A stretch of DNA of 48,960 nucleotides from assembly GCA_964640845.1 (NCBI GenBank), contig CAZXIR010000001.1, forward strand, positions 1 to 48,960. The letters are read 5' to 3'. Under the pieces are notes generated by a model that made no database searches, had not been told where the DNA came from, and worked only from the letters and a program-made list of their open reading frames with translations. The translations under genes and the position numbers were made by a program. The DNA comes from an uncultured Syntrophomonas sp. GTDB lineage: Bacteria > Bacillota > Syntrophomonadia > Syntrophomonadales > Syntrophomonadaceae. Positions 10,081 through 19,498 of this stretch are shown here, piece after piece; within the stretch, counting starts at the first letter, position 1, and every line of letters begins with the position of its first letter.

Positions 10081-10404
10081 TTATTCGGTGCAGTTGTTAT
10101 AAACCTGGTTGACTTCTCTTACTGCGCTTGAGGTAGAGATAAAGGCGGGCATATGCACCAGATCAATGGTTAGCAGATTGTTGCTGGTACGCTTTACATT
10201 GGCGATAAAATCCAAATTAGGCTTATTCATCTTGGAACTTTCCAAGCGTATATGCCATCTCCCGATATCCTTGTCTGGAACCTGCCAAATTGTAATCGAA
10301 TAATTATTACTTTGGGCAAATGCGCTCACCCGGGAGCGCATAGATGATTTCATGCAGTTAAACCGCTTTTTGCTTACATTCTTGTAACTTAGACTCCTGC
10401 TCAT
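10081..10404 (-). CDS. Hypothetical small protein (107 aa)
   Basis: ORF with GGGGGA RBS about 8 nt upstream of the ATG. No motif recognised. The hairpin at 10026-10072 lies directly downstream. Confidence 0.4.
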   Translation of the reverse strand: MSRSLSYKNVSKKRFNCMKSSMRSRVSAFAQSNNYSITIWQVPDKDIGRWHIRLESSKMNKPNLDFIANVKRTSNNLLTIDLVHMPAFISTSSAVREVNQVYNNCTE

Positions 10405-10474
10405 ACATCAATCCCCCATGAACACTTTATGATCCATATTATTCATATTGCTCAGGAAAGGTGACAGAAAACAA

Positions 10475-10501
10475 GGGGACCAGCTGTCTAACCTGGTCCC
10501 C
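10475..10501 (-). terminator. Terminator after PucR-type regulator 1
   Basis: GGGGACCAG (10475-10483) / CTGGTCCCC (10493-10501): 9-bp stem. On the minus strand it is followed by TTGTTTTCTGT. Confidence 0.6.
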
Positions 10502-10509
10502 TGGTCGTC

Positions 10510-11703
10510 TTATTGAAGGAAACCGTTGAGTTCCAGGGTATCCCAAACCTTAATGGCTGTATACAGGTTGACCCGGGTCAGCATTTGGGAAAGATCCAGT
10601 TCCAGGATTTCCTCTATTTTATTTATCCGATAATATAGGGTATTAATATGCACAAACAGTTTATCTGCAGTTTCCTTGAAGTTATAGCAGTTATCGAGCA
10701 ATTCGCGCAAGGTGGGCAGTAATTTGCCCTCGGTTTTTTCATCATATTCCAGCAGTTTGCCCAGGGTATTGAAGCTGTAGTTTTTCAAGCTAGCGGCATC
10801 CTGTGAAAATAAGATGGAAAATATACCTAGATCAGCATATTTCTGGACTGTTCCCTCCTGCCCTAGAAGACGCGGAAGGGTCAGGGCAGTGCGGGCTTCC
10901 GTATAGCTTATTCGCAAATCTGTTAGAGGGTATATTTGTCCCATACCATGACAGGTGCTGATATTAAATCTCCCATCCAGAAACATTTTAAGCTCATTAC
11001 TGTTGATCGGGTAATGTCCGTCTGATTGCACTTTCGGGTTATGGTCATGAATTGTGCCTGGGATAACCAACAGCAGATGATCGGTCTTGACAATGGGAAT
11101 GACATCAATCTTCAATCTTCTGAAATATTCCCCAGCGTATGAACTGACTAACTGCCAGTCGACTGGACCTACAGTTTCTGCTTCTACAATAGAAACCAAA
11201 TAAGGGCAGTCCAAGTCCAAGTTTCTTTCACTCAATTTTACTATTTCTTTGATATCGGCATTATTTTTGTTTGTTAGATAATCACCTAATTCCTTTTCAA
11301 AGGTGCTTTTGCTGCTAGTTATTTTGGAAAAATAGCATTTAACTGCTAGTTTTACTTCATCCAGAATTAGAACTGTAGATGTCTGTAACTTAACTGGAAT
11401 ATTACGAACAATAATAAAAGCACTGGCACCGTTGTAAGGCACCGGATAATATAGAGACTTTTCCCATTCATGATAATAGGGCTCATTCTGGTTTACATAC
11501 GTCGGTATCTGGATAAAGATATCATTAATCTCCTCGGCATTCCCAGATATTTCCGGATAATGTATATGACCATTGCAGTCGGTTATTATTATGGAGCGAT
11601 TAATCATCCTCTCCAGGTAGGAAGCTGCGAATCCCAAGCCTTCATCAAGTACACCGTCAATGAGTTGGTACATGCTTTTTGTTGCTGTACGCGCTAACGC
11701 CAT
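10510..11703 (-). CDS. PucR/CdaR-family transcriptional regulator (paralog 1)
   Basis: 397 aa. C-terminal PucR-type HTH: ETADKLFVHINTLYYRINKIEEILELDL. GGGAGG RBS 8 nt upstream of the ATG. Confidence 0.8.
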   Translation of the reverse strand: MALARTATKSMYQLIDGVLDEGLGFAASYLERMINRSIIITDCNGHIHYPEISGNAEEINDIFIQIPTYVNQNEPYYHEWEKSLYYPVPYNGASAFIIVRNIPVKLQTSTVLILDEVKLAVKCYFSKITSSKSTFEKELGDYLTNKNNADIKEIVKLSERNLDLDCPYLVSIVEAETVGPVDWQLVSSYAGEYFRRLKIDVIPIVKTDHLLLVIPGTIHDHNPKVQSDGHYPINSNELKMFLDGRFNISTCHGMGQIYPLTDLRISYTEARTALTLPRLLGQEGTVQKYADLGIFSILFSQDAASLKNYSFNTLGKLLEYDEKTEGKLLPTLRELLDNCYNFKETADKLFVHINTLYYRINKIEEILELDLSQMLTRVNLYTAIKVWDTLELNGFLQ

Positions 11704-11973
11704 AAATAAACCTCCCTAATGCCCTTTAGAAAAACTATAATGCAATAAATATGCCATCTTTTACTCCTTTGACAATCAGCGAAAATCGTCGTTTAATAGA
11801 ATAGAGCCATTCCTAAAATCGATCACTAGAATGAAATTCTTAGGTATTTTTATTAAAATTGTACTAATATGAGAATCGAAATTTTGAAAAATGACTGAAA
11901 TTTGATAATATTGTCGAATGATATTGAGTTGTAGAAATAGAGAAGCTGCTAGCTTAAAGGGGTGATTAATTTC

Positions 11974-14061
11974 ATGAAATCTTTGGAACAAATGCTTAGC
12001 CCTATGATTAAAAACCGCGGTCTTATTGTACCGGTCCTTGATCAGAATGACATTATACTAATGGAAAAAATACAGCAGCAAAAAGTTGATGTAGTAAATC
12101 AACGGATCAGCCCCTCCCAGGTGGACCTGGTTCGCCCGGAGGTGGTTGAATCATGGATAAGGTCATATAATTATGGTCTGGATCTTTTTAACTACAATTA
12201 TGGGCCAATTCTGGATGATTCCGAATTATCTAAACTAATGCGGGAAAAAGACCTGCTGATTCAGGCCGCTGACCCGTATCTTTGGCAACTGGAGACTATG
12301 TTATCTAAATCTGAATGCATAATTCTCTTATCAGACGAGCAGGGAGCTATGCTTCGGGTTATTGAAGGTAATGAGCAATTAAAGAAACAGAATAGAAGGT
12401 TTAATCTGGTGCCTGGTTCAGTTTGGACCGAAGAGACGGTAGGTACCTGTGCTCATGGAATAAGCTTGATAGCAGGTACTCCTATGCAGATATGTGGTCC
12501 TGAGCACTATTGCGGAACTTATGAGCAAATTTCCTGTTCTTCAGCTCCAATTTATGATGGGAACCGAAATATTGCAGGCACCCTGTGTATAGTCAGTCCC
12601 AGTTTTCACCAGCAGAGTTATCATTCTCTGGGCCTGGTGGTCTCTATGGCCTGGGCAGTTCAAAGTGAATTCCAATTGGCTTTAAATAACCAACTGCTTA
12701 GCGTAACTCTGGAATCAGCCCAGGAAGCAGTGATAACCATTAACAAAAAAGGATTCATTACCAAAGCAAATCTGACCGCAAGAAGAATGTTGCATTACTT
12801 GGATCAAGATCTGATAGGTAATTCTTTTGAAACGGTAATGGGTAAACAGCCACTAATAAGAGAGGTCTTGGATACTGGAAAACCGATATTGGATGCCGAG
12901 ATAGAAATTGAACAATTGAACCAGAGGCTGCAATTACGTTCTGCCCAGGCAGTTAAGGACCAATATGGTCAGAATTTCGGTTGCGTCTTGACCCTTAAGA
13001 AAATTGATCGAATAAAGAAATCGGGTAGTATTAAAATTAGCGGGGCAGATGCACAATTTACCTTTGATAGAATAATTGGTAACTGTCCTCCGCTGATTGA
13101 ATCAAAAAAAATGGCTAGAAAATTTGCTTCTTTGGATGCCAATATATTGATACAAGGGGAAAGCGGTACCGGAAAAGAGGTGTATGCCCAAGCTATTCAT
13201 AATGAAAGCCGGCCGGAAGGTCCTTTTATTGCTGTAAATTGTGCTGCTATACCTAGAACCTTGATTGAAAGTGAACTGTTCGGTTATGAAGGGGGAGCAT
13301 TTACCGGAGCCGAAAGGCAGGGACGGCCAGGCAAGATCGAGATGGCTGATGGGGGAACTTTATTTCTGGATGAGATTGGCGATATGCCCTTAGAAATACA
13401 GCCGGTACTGCTGAGGGTTTTGGAAGAAAAGAAGCTGATGCGGGTTGGAGGAAGCAGGTATATCCCAGTTGATTTTAGATTAGTTACTGCCACTAACAAA
13501 GACTTGCTGGATTTAATAAATGAAAAGAAATTCCGTGAGGATCTGTACTATCGTTTGAAAGTTTTGAAGATATTCATTCCACCTCTTCGAGAGAGGGGTG
13601 CGGATATTATTAGACTGGCTAAATACTTTATTCATTCCACAGCTCAGAAGCAGGGAATCGCCGTTCCTAATCTGGATGACGGAGCCATTTTCCGCTTATG
13701 CAAATACGGCTGGCCAGGTAATATCAGGGAACTCGAAAATGCTATGCTCTACGCGGTTAATACCTCTAGTGATGGAGTTATTAAACCGGAAGACCTTCCG
13801 GATGAAATTAGCGTTATTTCCCCCTGGCACGGTCAGCAAATAGAAAAAAATGATTACCTGTCGGAACATAATGTTCTGGAAAATCGCCTTTCTATTAAGG
13901 AGATGGAAAAAATAACTATCATGCAAACTTTGCTGCAAACGGGCTCTAATGTTTCTGAAGCTGCAGCCATATTAGGGATGAGCAGGTCCACGCTTTACAG
14001 AAAAATAAAGGAATTTCATCTGCTGGATGAAGTTAGATCCAAAGAATCAGCGGTCGATTAA
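11974..14061 (+). CDS. Sigma-54-dependent activator, AcoR-like (N-terminal GAF-like sensor, PAS, AAA+, Fis-type HTH); paralog 1
   Basis: Walker A GESGTGKE, GAFTGA sigma-54 contact loop, C-terminal SRSTLYRKIKE HTH. SWIRSYNYGLD AcoR-like N-terminal motif. ATG 11974 follows AAAGGGG. Confidence 0.9.
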   Translation: MKSLEQMLSPMIKNRGLIVPVLDQNDIILMEKIQQQKVDVVNQRISPSQVDLVRPEVVESWIRSYNYGLDLFNYNYGPILDDSELSKLMREKDLLIQAADPYLWQLETMLSKSECIILLSDEQGAMLRVIEGNEQLKKQNRRFNLVPGSVWTEETVGTCAHGISLIAGTPMQICGPEHYCGTYEQISCSSAPIYDGNRNIAGTLCIVSPSFHQQSYHSLGLVVSMAWAVQSEFQLALNNQLLSVTLESAQEAVITINKKGFITKANLTARRMLHYLDQDLIGNSFETVMGKQPLIREVLDTGKPILDAEIEIEQLNQRLQLRSAQAVKDQYGQNFGCVLTLKKIDRIKKSGSIKISGADAQFTFDRIIGNCPPLIESKKMARKFASLDANILIQGESGTGKEVYAQAIHNESRPEGPFIAVNCAAIPRTLIESELFGYEGGAFTGAERQGRPGKIEMADGGTLFLDEIGDMPLEIQPVLLRVLEEKKLMRVGGSRYIPVDFRLVTATNKDLLDLINEKKFREDLYYRLKVLKIFIPPLRERGADIIRLAKYFIHSTAQKQGIAVPNLDDGAIFRLCKYGWPGNIRELENAMLYAVNTSSDGVIKPEDLPDEISVISPWHGQQIEKNDYLSEHNVLENRLSIKEMEKITIMQTLLQTGSNVSEAAAILGMSRSTLYRKIKEFHLLDEVRSKESAVD

Positions 14062-14097
14062 AGAGTACTCATCTTGCCCACCATCCCGACAATCTGA

Positions 14098-14128
14098 AGA
14101 GAGTCTGAAAAATCAGACTCTCTTTTTT
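14098..14128 (+). terminator. Rho-independent terminator after sigma-54 activator 1
   Basis: AGAGAGTCTGA (14098-14108) / TCAGACTCTCT (14113-14123): 11-bp perfect stem, followed by a T5-6 run. Confidence 0.85.
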
Positions 14129-14154
14129 GATGCTCTTGCTACACTGCCCCTTGA

Positions 14155-15294
14155 AGTGCATACGCTGCTGCGGCGGTAGCGCCTGGGCAGGAAGTGACTT
14201 CATTTCCCACCGGTGCTATCGGATCAGTATATTACCTGCCTGTCCTGGTAGAGAAGGCAAAAGAACTAGGTGTAGATATATATTATGAAACCCCCCTGGT
14301 ACAGCTGATCCGGGAAGATAACAGCCGGGTAACCGGTGCCATTGCCAGGAACAAACAAGGTGAGTATATCCGAGTAAATGCGCAACAGGGCGTTATTCTG
14401 TGCACCGGGGGGTATGCCCGGGATGTGGAAATGGTCGAGAAACTCTGCCCTACTGCATTGGCTACCAGTATGAGTGTATGCCCTTTGACCAATACCGGTG
14501 ATGGGATAAAAGCTGGTCTGTGGGTGGGAGCAGCGATGGACCCGGTGCATGCAATGATGGTATTTGACCGGGGTATAGTACTGGACGGTAAACCGATTGG
14601 CCCACCCTGGCAGGGCGGATATCTTCAGCTGGGTAGTCAGCCATTTCTCAGAGTAAACACACGGGGTGAGCGGTTCGTAAATGAAGATCTGCCCTATGAT
14701 TACTGCTGGGATGCTGCTTTAATGGAACCAGGTCAGGTATGGTGGCAGGTATGGGATGCCAACTGGAAAGAAGATGTCAAGAGGTTTCATACCACTATCT
14801 GTTCTCGAATTGTAGATCATCCTGGAGCTCCGCCCCGCGGGGGTCTGGATCTGCAGGAAGCAGAAATTAATAAACTGGTGGAGATGGGTTTGATAAAGAA
14901 GGCTGACAGCATAGATGAGTTAGCCGGGCTAATGAAAGTGCCGGCCGGAACTTTTTCTGCCACCGTTAACCGATATAACGAACTAGCGCAAAAAGGGGAA
15001 GATTTGGATTTTGGCAAGATTACTTTTAGACTATCAACATTGCAACAGGCTCCTTTTTACGCGGCCAATCTGGCCGGCATGCTCATTTGCAACCTGAATG
15101 GTTTGAGGATCAATACCCGGATGCAGGTGCTTGACCAGGAATTAAATGCCATTCCCGGTCTCTATGCAGCTGGTAATGACAGTGGTTCCTTTTTTGCGCT
15201 AAACTACCCGGAAATGTTGGGCGGAATTGCACTGGGACGTACGGCTACCTTTGGCCGAATTGCTGCCCAGGCTGCGGTTCAGGAAAAAGCCTAA
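14155..15294 (+). pseudogene. 5'-truncated FAD flavoprotein (fumarate reductase / KstD-like superfamily), C-terminal about 65 percent only
   Basis: The open frame starts right after a stop at 14152-14154, only about 25 nt past a terminator. There is no RBS and no GxGxxG FAD Rossmann segment. The sequence aligns with residues about 210-570 of the 570-aa paralog (ILCTGGY vs IIATGDY; GERFVNED vs GERFKNED; GLYAAGN near the C terminus). Confidence 0.75.
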
Positions 15295-15443
15295 CTATGC
15301 GACAGTGCGACAGTGGTCTCGGACGGTTCCCGATGTCGCATTTCTGTTGGATAGCGGGGTCTGTCATTCTATCGACTAGCCTGACTAGATAATATGGAAG
15401 TGCAATTATAGCAGCAATGCTCAACTACATATCATGATTATGA

Positions 15444-15468
15444 GTAGAGCCTGAATCCCAGGCTCTAC
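15444..15468. terminator. Hairpin at the convergent junction of the truncated flavoprotein and sigma-54 activator 2
   Basis: GTAGAGCCTG (15444-15453) / CAGGCTCTAC (15459-15468): 10-bp perfect stem. TTCTATTT follows on the plus strand. Confidence 0.6.
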
Positions 15469-15470
15469 TT

Positions 15471-17375
15471 CTATTTATCAGCTCTTATGGTGCTCAGCAG
15501 CTGATATTTATTAATTCGCCTATAAAGAGTAGACTTACTCATACCCAGCATAATGGCAGCCTTGCTGATATTATTCCCCGACTGCAGCAAGGCCTTCAAG
15601 ATGGTTATCTTCTCTATATCTGTAAGTAAAAGTTCATGGTCTGCCCGGGTACTGGTCTGGCGGATCGAGGGTAATACGCTGCCGCTATTGCTCGGGCGGC
15701 TGATTTCCGGTGAAAGATCTTCAGGTTTGATTATTCCATCACGGCTGGTATTCACAGCTCGAAGGATTATGTTTTCCAGTTGCCGTATATTTCCTGGCCA
15801 CCTAAATCGCATTAAAAGGTACATAGCGGATTCACTTAAAACAGGAGCAGGTATCCGCTGTTTTACTGCCGTCATCTCGATGAAGTGCTCAGCCAAGGTA
15901 ATGATGTCAGTACCTCTTTCCCGTAAGGGCGGGATCTGAATATCCAGTACTGCCAGGCGATAATAAAGGTCTTGGCGGAACTGCTGCTTCTCGACTAATG
16001 CTGTCAGGTCTTTGTTGGTAGCAGTGATCAACCGAAATTCCACCGGTATATAATGGCTGCCCCCGACTCTCATAACGACTTTTTCTTCGATTACTCGAAG
16101 CAGCACACTCTGCAGCTCGAGAGGCATATCTCCAATTTCGTCCAGGAACAGTGTTCCTCCGTGGGCCATTTCAATTTTTCCTGGACTGCCCTGCCGGCCA
16201 GCTCCAGTAAAGGCGCCACCTACATAACCGAACAATTCGCTCTCGATTAGAGTGCGAGGTATGGCGGCACAATTTACTGCTATAAATGGTCCGTAGGGTC
16301 GGGTTTCATTATGTACAGCCTGAGCAAATACTTCTTTGCCGGTACCACTTTCTCCTTGGACTAAAAGGTTGGATTCCAAACGGGCATATTTTTTCACCTG
16401 CTCGATAGTTTTGAGCAAGGTTGGGTCATGACCAATAATGGAGTCGAAAGTATATCTGGCTTTTAAGCTATTGGGAACACCCCCCATTCTCCTGGATCGT
16501 TCGGGCTTTTTCGGTGGAAGTGTCAAGCGAAGGTGATTTTGAATGGCCCAGGCAGTGGACACGGTCAGCCCCAGTGAGTGAGGGTTCTGGTGGTATAAAT
16601 AGGGGCTGATGATGGTTATGCTGCCAACCAGACTTGAATTGCCATCATAAATAGGAGCTGAGGAGCAGGAGGTCTGGTTGCAAGTTTCCGTATTCTGCTC
16701 CAGAGCAGCTTGCAAAGGACTTCCCAGTATGAGTCCCATCACCTGGGAACAAGTTTCCGAATACATCTCTGGTCCGCATAATTGGATCGGGCTGCCCAGG
16801 GAAAGGCTCATCACATGAGAAACAGTCCCTACCGTTTCCTCGGTCCAGACCGTACCGGGTGTAAGTGAAAAACGTTCTTCGATCTGTCTTAGGATCGTAT
16901 CATTGCCGGTTCCCAGTCGCAGAATGACACCCTGTTCATCGGTCAATAGAATCAGATAGTTGTTGCCAGACAGCATGATTTCCAGCTGACTGATATACGG
17001 GTCTGCGGCTTGAATAATAGAGCCTTTCTCCCGCAGCAGTTCTTCAAAAGCAGATTGGTCCAGAGTGGGGCCATAAACAAAATCAAAGGGGTCCAGGCCG
17101 TAACTATGGGACCGCAGCCATGATGCTACGATTTCTGGACGTACTATATCTATCTGGGATGGTGTAATGCGTTTTTCTAACAGGTCTAATTTTTGCTGCC
17201 TAATCCTATCCAGGAGTATAAGTTCATCTTTATCGAGATTTTGTGCAACAACACCTGCTCTATTCTTGATCACAGGGCTCAACATTTGTTCCAGATGTCG
17301 CAACTCATAACCCTCCTCTTTATCATACTGGTCAGGTGCCAGGCTGAATATGTATGACGCCATCTCAGCTTTCAA
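15471..17375 (-). CDS. Sigma-54-dependent activator, AcoR-like, PAS-less paralog 2
   Basis: GESGTGKE, GAFTGA, C-terminal SKSTLYRRINK HTH. The N-terminal sensor is collinear with paralog 1 from LEQMLSPVIKNR. The start is ambiguous (TTG 17375 or ATG 17363). Confidence 0.85.
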   Translation of the reverse strand: MKAEMASYIFSLAPDQYDKEEGYELRHLEQMLSPVIKNRAGVVAQNLDKDELILLDRIRQQKLDLLEKRITPSQIDIVRPEIVASWLRSHSYGLDPFDFVYGPTLDQSAFEELLREKGSIIQAADPYISQLEIMLSGNNYLILLTDEQGVILRLGTGNDTILRQIEERFSLTPGTVWTEETVGTVSHVMSLSLGSPIQLCGPEMYSETCSQVMGLILGSPLQAALEQNTETCNQTSCSSAPIYDGNSSLVGSITIISPYLYHQNPHSLGLTVSTAWAIQNHLRLTLPPKKPERSRRMGGVPNSLKARYTFDSIIGHDPTLLKTIEQVKKYARLESNLLVQGESGTGKEVFAQAVHNETRPYGPFIAVNCAAIPRTLIESELFGYVGGAFTGAGRQGSPGKIEMAHGGTLFLDEIGDMPLELQSVLLRVIEEKVVMRVGGSHYIPVEFRLITATNKDLTALVEKQQFRQDLYYRLAVLDIQIPPLRERGTDIITLAEHFIEMTAVKQRIPAPVLSESAMYLLMRFRWPGNIRQLENIILRAVNTSRDGIIKPEDLSPEISRPSNSGSVLPSIRQTSTRADHELLLTDIEKITILKALLQSGNNISKAAIMLGMSKSTLYRRINKYQLLSTIRADK

Positions 17376-17753
17376 GAGGCTCGCATTGCGTTAGCTCTAC
17401 CCCAACTGTTAGGAAGGCAACCCCATATCCAGCATTTTGCTGAGCAGGGAATGTTTACCCATATATTTTCCCAGGATACCGAATGCCTGAAGGAATTTTG
17501 CTGCAGGACGCTGGGATCACTCATCGAATATGACAAAAATAACAACGGTGAGTTACTGTCTACTTTACGACAACTGCTGGACAGTAGTTTTAACTGGAAA
17601 GCCACAGCTCATAGCCTTTTCATTCATATCAATACCTTGTATTATCGGGTAAATAAGATACAAGAACTGCTGGAGCTTGATTTGTCCAGGATGGATACCC
17701 GGGTTAATCTATATACCGCTGTGAAGATATGGGATACTCTCAATTTGATCTGA
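17358..17753 (+). pseudogene. 3' fragment (about 130 codons) of a PucR-family regulator gene
   Basis: SFQEARIALALPQLLG ... FIHINTLYYRVNKIQELLELDL ... AVKIWDTLNLI is collinear with the last third of both full-length PucR paralogs. The N-terminal two thirds are absent. The fragment abuts and overlaps the start of the divergent activator gene. Confidence 0.8.
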
Positions 17754-17792
17754 CACAGCAACAGCATGGCAGATCTACTCCAATTCTGTTTC

Positions 17793-19349
17793 TTAAATAT
17801 GTCGCGAAGGGATCATATCATCTATATCTTTCCCGGCGGCGATAATGCCGGCGATGCGGCCAAAGGTGATGCAGCGCCCGTGACCGATACCCGGGCAGAT
17901 AGTAGGATAGTCATTGGCGAAAAAACCACCGGCGGTAGCTCCAGCAACATATAAGTTCTCAATAGGTCGGTCATATATATCCAGCACTTCGCAGTTAGTG
18001 TTAGTACGCAAGCCACCTGAAGCAGTTAGTATGGTACTTAATAATTTACCTGCGTAAAAGGGCGGTTTTACAATCGGAGTAAGCAACTCCGGACGTTTGC
18101 CATAATCGGGATCATCCTTTTGAGCAACTAATTCATTATAGCGTGTAACTGTGGCCTTAAAATTATCAACCGGAACCTTTATTTTTTGAGCCAACCCTTC
18201 AAGGGTGTCAGCAGTAAATACTTTGCCAGACCTTATATGATCCTGTAGTAACGCCTGTTCAGCATCCATATCCCATTCTTCACCTATCAAACGATTTATT
18301 TGATCCCAGAACAAACCACCGCCTATACCCATTGACACGGCTTTTTGAACATCAGATAAACCATTGGCATCATATATGGACCATGCTAGTCCTCCCGTCT
18401 CCAGTTCTTTAGTTAAGCTTTTGGACTGTATGTTTACATCTTCATTCTTGAAGCGTTTTCCCTGAGAATTTATGTGAAGGAAAAAATAACTCATTGCTCC
18501 AGCTTCTAAATGTATTACCGCTGCATGGGGTTCTATTTTTTGCATGGCTGCGCCAACCCACATGGCCATTATGTGTCCCTCCCCCATGTTAGATACCTGG
18601 GGAAAATAGAGCTGAGCATCAACTTGAAGTGCATAAGGAGCATACCTTTCCAGCATTTCTGTATTAGAAGCATAATCACCTGTGGCAATTATGACGCCTT
18701 TATCAATATTATACTGGGTATAGTTATTGGGATGACCAGCAATAACCCCGGTAATGGGCCCATTGCCATCCCTGATTAACCTTGTTGCTGGCAGATTGTA
18801 GAGGATTTCAATTCCTCGGCTCTGAACAGTCTGTTCCAGTATTTTGGCCAGACCGTAATTCCATGACTTATCTGGTCGGCCAGGAACATGAAATATATGA
18901 GCGACTGGATATTCAGTATAATAGGATCCTTTGTAATAACCATCCCAAATACCTACTTCCAATCCACCGTTTTCTGCAATATCAATAAGCCAGTCCATGC
19001 ATGCCCCACTTTTTCTAGCAAATTCCCAGAGTAAATCCTCATCAAGTTTGCCTTGAGCCCAGGCGATCCATGCACGAATGACTTCCCGGTAGTTTATTTC
19101 GATACCCAACTTCTGCTGCACCTTGCTGCCAAATGCCGCATTATGACTTCCTCTTGCTGAAAAGTACCCGTTTTTCTCAATGATTATGGGGGTGGAGCCT
19201 GCCTCTTTGGCGGATAGGGCTGCTACCATTCCTGTAAGACCTGCACCAATTATCACTATATCTGTATTAACTGTTTTTTTTATTTCAGCAGCTGGGATAG
19301 GTAATGGTTGAGTTTCCCAACTCCATTTATTATTTTGAGCCATATTCAA
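17793..19349 (-). CDS. FAD-dependent oxidoreductase (non-canonical fumarate reductase / KstD-like flavoprotein), no signal peptide
   Basis: 518 aa. DIVIIGAGLTGMVAAL FAD Rossmann motif. By eye about 60 percent identical to the 570-aa paralog, starting exactly at KWSWETQPLPIP, the residue block that follows the signal peptide in the paralog. Confidence 0.85.
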   Translation of the reverse strand: MNMAQNNKWSWETQPLPIPAAEIKKTVNTDIVIIGAGLTGMVAALSAKEAGSTPIIIEKNGYFSARGSHNAAFGSKVQQKLGIEINYREVIRAWIAWAQGKLDEDLLWEFARKSGACMDWLIDIAENGGLEVGIWDGYYKGSYYTEYPVAHIFHVPGRPDKSWNYGLAKILEQTVQSRGIEILYNLPATRLIRDGNGPITGVIAGHPNNYTQYNIDKGVIIATGDYASNTEMLERYAPYALQVDAQLYFPQVSNMGEGHIMAMWVGAAMQKIEPHAAVIHLEAGAMSYFFLHINSQGKRFKNEDVNIQSKSLTKELETGGLAWSIYDANGLSDVQKAVSMGIGGGLFWDQINRLIGEEWDMDAEQALLQDHIRSGKVFTADTLEGLAQKIKVPVDNFKATVTRYNELVAQKDDPDYGKRPELLTPIVKPPFYAGKLLSTILTASGGLRTNTNCEVLDIYDRPIENLYVAGATAGGFFANDYPTICPGIGHGRCITFGRIAGIIAAGKDIDDMIPSRHI

Positions 19350-19498
19350 GAAATCACACCCTTAATGAAAAGCTTCATAAAAATTTCCTAATCTAATAAT
19401 ACTAATATCTACTAATTTAAACAACATTAGCCCCTTTACCGATAGTTCCTCAAGAACAAACCGCTTTGACTAAAATAACAATGTCTCGCTTACCCTAT

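Noticed and set aside
13814-13830. TGGCACGGTCAGCAAA, a sigma-54 -24-like box
   Set aside because: It lies inside the activator coding sequence. No correctly spaced TTGC -12 element follows, and no gene lies downstream.
17372-17605. A 77-aa minus-strand ORF upstream of activator paralog 2
   Set aside because: It is antisense to the clearly homologous PucR gene fragment and has no motif or RBS. It is an artefact of the relic on the opposite strand.
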